Source: an uncultured Verrucomicrobiota bacterium
GTDB lineage: Bacteria > Verrucomicrobiota > Kiritimatiellia > CAIVKH01
Length of the DNA: 61,757 nt
NCBI GenBank assembly: GCA_964388845.1
Contig: CAYMCD010000001.1
Coordinates: forward strand, 36,556 to 98,312
Direction of reading: 5' to 3'
In this document: positions 36,101-45,100 of the stretch, piece by piece
Layout: every line of letters starts with the position of its first letter
Position numbering within the stretch: the first letter of the stretch is position 1
Position numbers and translations under genes: made by a program
Notes under the pieces: model-generated
What the model was told of the DNA's origin: nothing
The model's input: the letters and a program-made list of their open reading frames with translations, nothing else
The model's database searches: none

Positions 36101-39100
36101 GCGTTCGGCTCCGCCGCCTCGGCCTATCGCATTGCGCTGGGGGCGGCGGTGTCCGGCAACTACAACAACTTCGACCTTCGGAATGGGGCGGTGTTGGCGC
36201 GCGAGACGGTCAACATCCTGTCCCCCTCGTTGACCGGCGTGCAAACCTACGACAGCCTGACCTCCTGGCAGAGGGTGAAAGGCGTGGATCTGCGAAGCTT
36301 GAGCCACGAGCCGGACTTCGCGGACCCCGACACGTACGACTTTCATTTGCGCAGCCAGGGCGGGCGCTGGCAGCCGGGTGTCGGCGTTGTCACCGATCTG
36401 GTCAGCTCCGTCCTGCTGGACGCCGGCGATCCCGGCATCGCGCCCGCCGGCGAGCCGTCCCCCAACGGGGGCCGCATCAACATCGGGCGCTACGGCAACA
36501 CGGTGGACGCCAGCCGGACGCCGACCAATGGGCGGCTGACGGCCGTGGCTCTCAATGATGGCGGCATCGCCGCGGGGACCAATGTCACGCTGTACTGGAT
36601 CGCCGGCGGCGATGTGACGAATCATCAGTTGCGCGTGGATATTTCCTATGACGACGGCTTCGCCTGGGTCCTCCTGGCGTCCAACCTCGCCGGGACGGTC
36701 TCGACGCTCCAATGGGACACCACCAGCTGGCTGACGCAGCCCCTCGTGCGCTGGCGCGTGCAGAGCCAGGTGAACTCCAACATCGTTGACCTCAACGACC
36801 GGTGGTTCCAGATCCGGAACAGCAATGTCGTCTACTATGTCAACGACGGCAATTTGACCGGCGACGTCTACACCACGGCGGCCGGATACGAGTTCAATAA
36901 CGGGCTGGCGTCGAACATGCCGAAGCCCTTCATCAACGATGTCCTGGAGCAATACGACCTGGAGCCCGGCGACACGATCTACGTTGATACCGGCGTCTAC
37001 TCGCCGACGGGGGTTGTCACGTGGGGATATCAGGATTCCGGGAGCGCCGCGGAACGCGTCGCGTTGTACGGCAGCACCAACCGCGCGGCCGGCGGCAGCG
37101 ATCTCGTGCTCGGGATGCAGCTCGACAACGCGCGCTCGTTGATGATTCAGGACCTGGTGGTGTCGGCGACCGGCGCGGTCCGGAATTTCGGTCTGAACCT
37201 GCAGTCCGTCTCGAATCTTTGGGTGACGGATGTCGCCGTCCGGGGCGCGCCGGGCAACGGATTCGCGGTTCGCGAATCAACGGCGGTCCTGTTCGAGCGC
37301 TGCGCGGTCGCCGGCGCGGTCACCAACGGTCTGTTCGACACCGGCTCCTCGGGCACCCGCTGGCTTTCCGGCGTCCTGTGGTCGAATCGTACGGGGTTGC
37401 GGTCGCAGGCGCTCGCCGCGGGCCCCCTGGCGATGTCCAACACGCTGGTCGCCGCGCTGGCGGCGAACCAAATCGGCCTGATCGTGGCCAGCAACGCATG
37501 GTCGGACTACAACGCCTACTGGGTCACCAACGGCGCCCAGGTCGCCAACGAATTTGTGACGGGCCGGGAATTTCCGTTGCAATATCTCAGCGTGGGGCGC
37601 TGGGCGGCGGATACCCTGCGCGACACGCATACCCTCGCCGTTAATCCCGATGTGGTCCCGGACCCGGTCGGGTATTACCTCCGCAGCCAGGCGGGGCGCT
37701 TTGATCCGTCCACGGGCCTCTTTACCAACGACGCCACCACCTCTCCGCTCGTTGACGCCGGCGATCCCCTGGCCGTCGCCACCAACGAACCGGCGCCCAA
37801 CGGGGAGCGCCTGAATATCGGGCTGCAGGGCAACACCGATCGCGCCAGCAAGACACCGACCAACGCCAGTCTGCTCGTGGTGTCCTTGCGGGACGGCGGC
37901 GTGGCCCGGGCCGAGCAACTGCTCTACTGGGTGGCCCGCGGCGATGCCACGGGACACACGGTGCTCGTCGAGTATTCGCCCGACATGGGCCTGACCTGGA
38001 CGAATGTGGCGACCAATGTGCCGGCGTCCGGCGGCAGTTACACGTGGACGAGCACGAGTTTCCCCTCGACCGTCCTCGGCCTGTGGCGGGTGTCCTCGGA
38101 GAGCCAGCCCGCGGTGACGGATATCAGCCGGCAGCCGTTCGCGGTGCGCAACGGACCCGTGCTGTTCTACGTCAACGATGCCGCCACGGCCGGCGACGTC
38201 TACAGCCTGGTCGCGGGCAGCGAGACGAATCTCGGGGTCAGTCCCGCCAGCCCGTTGCTGGACCTGCAGGATTTGTTGGATCGCTATGACCTCGAGCCGG
38301 GCGACGTGGTGTACGTGGACACGGGCTCGTATTCCAATTCGGCGTCCATCTCGATCGGCCAGCAGGACTCGGGGTCCAGCTCCGGCCTGGGCGACGTCAT
38401 CATCCAGGGCAGCACCAATGAAGCCGCCGGCGGCTCGCGGATGGTCGCCGTTTCGGCGCAACCGGTGTTTGAGGTTTTCGACGGGCGCTACATCAGTTTT
38501 CGCGACGTGCGGTTGGATGCCGGCGCGGGATCGGGCTTCCTCCTGCAGAAGACGATTGCCATCCGGTTCGACCGGGTCGCGGTTCGGAACGGCCAGTACG
38601 CGTTCCAGACGATTGACTCCCAGCAGACCGTATGGCGCCAGTGCGTCGCGCAGGATTATCTGACCGCCGGCCTGGCCGGCCAATCGGCGGCCTCCCTGAA
38701 CTGGGAGGCGGGGGTCTTCTGGTCGGGCGGCACGTCCGCCGTCCAACTGGCCAATGCGTCGCTCTCGATGTCGAACAGCATTGTCGGCGCGTGGGGCGCC
38801 AACCGGTTCGTCTACCGCCTTGATTTTAACAGCACGTTGAATTCCGACTACAACGGCGTCTGGCTGGATGAGGGCGCCATGATGGGCTACCAGACCGTGC
38901 TTTCGCCGCTCAAGTATCCGATGATCTGGGAGACGCTCTCCCGATGGGCGCGCGACACCGGCCGGGACCGGTTCAGTGTGTTCGGCGACCCGCGGTTCCA
39001 TGACTCGACCAACGGATCGTTCTATCTCCGCAGCGAAGGCGGGCGTTTCGACCCGGTCGCCGCGGCGTTCACCAACGACACGGTGACCTCGCCCTTTATT

Positions 39101-42100
39101 GACGCGGGCGCGCCGCTGAGCGCGTTCGGCTCGGAAACCGCGCCCAACGGAGGGCGCCTCAATCTGGGGCCGCAGGGGAATACCGCGCGCGCCAGCCGGA
39201 CGCCCACCAACTCCGCGCTGTTGACGGTGTCGTTGAACGACGGCGGCCGCGCCGAGGGCTCGACCTGGCCGCTGTTCTGGCTCGCGCGCGGCAACGCGAC
39301 TGGGCACACCGTGCGCCTCGAATACTCCAGCAACACCGGCGTGAGCTGGTCCGTCATTGCGACCGGCCTGCCGGCCCGCGTCGTCTCGCCGTACTTCTGG
39401 GACTCCACCGCCTTTACGTCTACCGTGCACAGCCTGTGGCGGGTCGCGAGCGAGATCGAGTCCGGCGTGCAGGCGAGCAATGCGCGCCCCTTCGCCCTGC
39501 GGAACCAGGGCCTTCGCTTCTACGTGAACGACAGCGCCGTGACGGGCGATGTCTATACCGCCGCGCCGGGCGATTCGGGGGGGAACGGAACCGATCCCGC
39601 CCAGCCGCGCGATTCGCTTCAAAGCGTGCTGGACAGCTACGACATCGAGCCGGGCGACGTCATTTATCTGGATACCGGCGTGTACCAGTTGGCCGACACC
39701 CCGATCCGTTGGAGCCGTTTCGACGCCTGGAACAGCATGACGAATCTGGCGGCCTTGCAGGCCGGCGGCATCAGCGTACTGCTGCAGGGCAGCACGAATG
39801 TGATCGCCGGCGGCAGCCTGTTGACCGCGATTGACAGCCCTGTCGCGCTGGTGCTCACACAGGCCCTGGGCGTGGCCGTCAAGAATGTGGATATCCGGCG
39901 GGTGGTCGCCGGATCTGGCGTCGGTATCGAAGTGGTGGATTCCCAGTATGTGAGCCTGCAATGGATGCAGATCCGGAACGGCTCGGATGGATTCTACATC
40001 AACCAGAGTTCCTTCGTGGGCATCAGCAATGCGCTGGCCCAGGGCCATTCCATCGCCGGGCTGCGCACCCGGCTGTCCAGCGACACCCGGTGGCAGGGTG
40101 GTGTCCTGTGGTCCAATACCTACGGCGTCCTTCAGGATGACGGTGCGGCGGGATCCCTGACCGTCCTCAACACCGCGTTCGGCGCGGTGCGGACGGGCGC
40201 GTTTGCGATCATTCGCGTGCAGGGCGTTTTGAGCTCGGACTACAACGACATCTTCCGCACGAACGGGGGCTTCACGGCGGGATTGATCCAGGGCGGTTCC
40301 ATCGGCGGCGGCACCACCCGCTACGAAACCGTCACCAGCTGGTTCAACCAATCCGGCAACGACGGGCGCACGCTGGCCTCGGATCCCCGTTTTGCGAGTC
40401 TCTCGGACTTTCACCTGCAGAGCCCGGAGGGCCGGTACGTCACCGGAACGGGGTTCATCACCAACGTGTCGGACGCCTTCTCCCCGCTGATTGACGCCGG
40501 GAACCCGTCGTCGCCCTACGCGCTCGAGTCGGCGCCCAATGGCGGCCGGGTGAACATCGGAGTCTATGGCAACTCGCCGGAGGCGAGCCGGTCGCCCTCC
40601 AACGGCCTGCTGACGACCATCACGTTCAACGACGGGGGCAGCGCGGAGGGGACGATAGAGCTTCGCTGGAACGCCAGCGGCGTCGCGACCGGACAGTTCG
40701 TGACGATCCAGTTCTCCAACAATGGCGGGTTGACCTGGACGAATGTGGCGACCAATGTGCCGGGCAATCTCGGCAGCTACTCGTGGAACAGCGCGCCGTA
40801 TGGCCGCGCCGCCGCGGGGCTGTGGCGCCTCTTCAGCCAGACCGACACCAACGTGCAGGACGTCACGGACAGATTCTTCGCCCTGCGCAACGGCGGATCC
40901 ATCCCGTATTACGTAAATGACGGCGCCACGGCGGGCGACGTGTATTGCACTTCGGCGGGGAACGACGACTTTGACGGCTACCTGCCCTCCACGCCGAAGG
41001 CCACCCTGCAGGCCCTGCTGGCGGCGGTGGACCTGGAACCCGGCGATATCGTGTACGTTGACACCGGCACCTACCTGCTGTCGCAGACGTTGACCGTGGG
41101 CGACCTCGATGCCGGAACGGCGTCCAATCGAGTGGTGATCCAGGGAAGCACCAACCGGGTGGCGGGTGGGACGGTCTTCAACCGGCAGACGGGCGCCGGC
41201 ACGGGAATCGAAATCTTCCAGACCGCGGGCATTGAGCTGCGCGACCTGCGGGTCATCAATGCGGCTATCGGTGTTTCGCTGCGCGAGGCGGATCAGTGCA
41301 AGATCGTGAGGGTCCGCAGCGATCTTCACAACAGCGCCGCGTTCTCCTCGGATCTTGTCGGGACGAATCTCTTCGAGGGCTGCATCGCGGCCTTTTCCTC
41401 CAATGGCCTGATCGCCGCGAGCGGCTGGGTGCAATGGCACAATGGGATCATCTACGGAAATGGATCCCCGATCCTGCTGAATTCCTCCGGATCCCTCGAT
41501 ATACGGAATTCGTTCGTGTCCGCGGTCGGCTCGTCCCGCCGCATCTTCAGCGTGACGGAAAGCGGCGGTTCGATAACCGCCGATTACAACAGCTACCGCC
41601 GCCAGGAAAACGCCCTGCTTTATGAGCGGACCCGCTCGATCGGGGGCCCGGAGATTTACCCCAGTCTGACCGACTGGCAGTTGGCGTACGGACAGGACCT
41701 CCGTACCCTGACGATGGATCCGCTGATGGTGAATCCGGACGCCGGCGAATTCAATCTCCAGAGCGCCACCGGCCGGTTCCTCGAAAACGGCTCGCTGACC
41801 AACGATCCGGGCGTGTTCTCCCCGTTGATTGATACGGGAGATCCCGCCTTCGCCTACACCAATGAGACGGGCCCGAATGGGGGACGCATCAATATCGGCA
41901 ACTTCGGAAACACCCCCTTCGCCAGCCTGAGCCAGACCAATCCCTGGCTGCTGGCCTTGAGCTTCAACGACGGCGGCACGATCCGGGGCACCGTCACGGT
42001 ATACTGGGCGGCGGGCGGCATGAGCAGCACCAACCTCGTCCGTCTCGAGCAGGCGCTGGACGGCGTGGATTTCACCCCGTTCGCCAGCAATATCCCGGCG

Positions 42101-45100
42101 TTCGCCGGATCGTACACGTGGGACGTGTCCGCCCTCCCGCCGTCGCCGCTGGCGCGCTGGCGGGTGGTCTGCGAGGCCTGCTCCGCCTCGGATCAGAACG
42201 ATGCGTCGGTCTACATCCGCAACAGCGCGTTGACCATTTATATCAATGACGGCGACACCGCCGGCGATGTCTACACCTCGGCGGAAGGTCACCCGACGAA
42301 TTCCGGACTGTCGGCCGACAGCCCGCTGCACGATCCGGATTGGGCCTTCCAGAAATTCATCTTGGGCCCCGACGACGTTATCTACATTGATACCGGGTCC
42401 TACACCTTGACCAACAGCGCGGGCATGCAGATCGGCCTCGTCGGTTCCGTGCTCGAACAGGGGCTCAGCAACCAGCCGATCCGCATCCAGGGAAGCACCA
42501 ATACGCTGTCCGGGGGATCCCTGATCGCCGGTCTGGCCTCGTCCAATGCGTATGCCATGCAGATTCTCGACACCCGGAATGTCGAAGTGGCTGATGTGCG
42601 TTTGTCCGGATCGGGGAGGGGCCTGCAAATCACCCGCTCGACCGACATCTCCTTGCGCCGCATCGAGCTCTTCGAGCACTCTCTGGATGGGTTGTCGGTC
42701 TCTCTGAGCGCCCCGGTGATCGCGGATCGGCTGGTGAGCAGGGATAACGCCGGTTACGGAATCCAGGCTGACAGCGATGCCATGGTCCAGCTCGACCATG
42801 GCGTCCTCTGGGACAATACCAAGGGCGCCATCACGCTCTCGGCCTCGCAGCTGTGGATGACCAATTCGATTCTCCACTCCTCGGTGACGAACACCTATCT
42901 GGTCAGCGCGGCCGGGACGACGCTGTCGGCCTTCGGCGACTACAACATTTTCTGGGTCACCAACGGCGCCGAGATCGGGCGGGACCAGACCCGGCAGCTG
43001 TTCGCCCGCAACCTGAAGGCCTGGCAGGTCCTGGCCGGCGGTGACACCAACAGCGCGGTCCTGGATCCATTGCTGGCGCAGCCGGGCCTTGGCGATGTCC
43101 ACCTGATGAGCGAGGCCGGCCGTTTTAATCCGGCCACCACCTCCTTTGTGCTCGATGCCGCGACGTCCTGGGCGATTGACGCGGGGGAACCGGCCGCCGA
43201 TGCCTCCGAGGAGACGGCGCCCAACGGCGGGCGCGTCAATGCCGGCCGGTATGGCGGGACGGTGGAAGCGAGCCGGACCATGACCAATTCCGCGACGCGC
43301 GCCGTCCGTATCGTCAGCTTCAACGACGGCGGGCAGATGACCGAGGCGCAGCCGCTCAACTGGTATGCGCGCGGTTATACCGGGTTGCAGTCGCTTCGCC
43401 TGGAGTACTCCGCGAACAATGGCCTCACCTGGAGCACCGTGGCCACCAATATCCCGGCCACGAACCAGACCTATTTCTGGAGCCCGCATCCCACCAATTC
43501 CTCCCCCGTGGCCCTCTGGCGGCTGGTGGATGAATCTGATCCTGCGCGGGCGGTCACCAATCAAAGGACCTTTGCCCTGCGCCTGCAGCCCCTGGTCTTC
43601 TACGTAAACGATGCCTCCACCACGGGCGATATCTACGCCACCGCCGTCGGGAGCCCGACCAACAATGCGCTGACGCCGGGCTCGCCGATGGATTCCATCG
43701 CGGATGTGGTGGACCGATACGACCTGGAATCGTTCGATCAAATCCTCGTTGACACCGGGTATTATGTGATCACCAACGCCGTCCGCCTTCGCTCGGACGA
43801 TGGCGGCGTCAACACGAATTATGTGTACATTACCGGAAGCACCAACCGGCTCGCGGGCGGGACCCAGCTCGACCGCCAGAGCGCCAATCTCGGATCGTTG
43901 CTCGAGACGGATGAAATATTCAACATCCTCGATTCCAGCTTCTTCGACATATCGCATCTGACCCTGCTGAACGCCAACGCCGCGATTTCGCTGAACCTGG
44001 CGAGGTCCTGCGTGTTCAGCAATATCGTCATCACGAGCGGCGGGCGGACCGGCATCGAAAGCGCAGGTGGTGGGCCCAATTATTACCGCCGGATCCTCGT
44101 CACCGATCATCTGGGCTCCGGCCTGGTCCTGGCGGAGATCGCGTATATTGACAGCAGCGTCGTATGGTCGAACGGGGGCAGCGCCATCCTCGCCAATGCC
44201 GGCGCGCTGTACATTTCAAATTCGGTCCTCCACGCCACCGGCACCAACTACTGCTACCGCCTCGGCGAATCGGCGGTGGTGCGGGCGGATTTCAACGACT
44301 TGTATACCGTCGGCGGCTCGCGCCCGGCGCTGCTCGGAAACCTTGAACTGGAGGGGCTGCCCCAGTGGACCCTGCTGTCGGGAGAGGATGCGCGAAGCGT
44401 GTCCATAGATCCGCTGTTCTACGATCCGCTGAACATGGATTTCCATCCGCGGAGCCCGGCGGGCAGATTCGATCCCGTCAGCGGGGTCTATGTGGTCACG
44501 GATGCCGTCTACTCGTACCTGGTGGACACCGGCGCGACCAACCACCCCTACGCATCGGAACCCGCCCCGAACGGCGAGCGGCGGAATATCGGCCTGCACG
44601 GAGACACCTCCCAGGCCTCCAAGGGAAGGACCAACGAATGGCTGCTGGCCCTGACCGGTTCGTCCGGCGGCCGGTTGTCCGGCCAGTTCAACCTCCATTG
44701 GGCCTGGGGCCAGATGGACCCGACCAACACGGTGCACATTGACTTCTCCTACGATGACGGGACCAACTGGATCCGCGTCGCGACCAATCGCCCGGTGAGT
44801 TCCGGGCAGTTCTTCTGGGATACGACCACGGAGCCGCTGGCGGTCACGCCGATCGCCCGGTGGCGGCTGCTCAAAGTGGCCGACACCAATGTGTACGACG
44901 TCACCGACCTGTCGTTCGCCCTGAACGGGCCGTTCGGATTCTATGTGAACGACTCCAGCACGAATTGCGACGTCTTTACGACGGCGGTGGGGACCAACTC
45001 CAACCTGGGCATCTATCCCTCGATCCCGAAGGCCTCGCTGCGCGACGTCGTGGAAACCTGGGACATGGACGCGGGCGACACGGTGTACATTGACACCGGC

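Noticed and set aside
37277-44110. A 2,277-aa stop-free ORF antisense to the giant gene. Sibling antisense ORFs lie at 29966..32185, 32270..33646, 44216..45928 and 46238..47758.
   Set aside because: All are codon-aligned with the sense frame: both use triplets starting at coordinates congruent to 2 mod 3. Antisense stops can therefore arise only from sense TTA, CTA or TCA codons, which a GC3-rich gene avoids. The translations are Arg/Gly/Ala/Pro-rich low complexity with no recognisable motifs, whereas the sense strand has clear domain motifs. The only real information is that the sense frame contains no TTA/CTA/TCA codon across 37280-44110.
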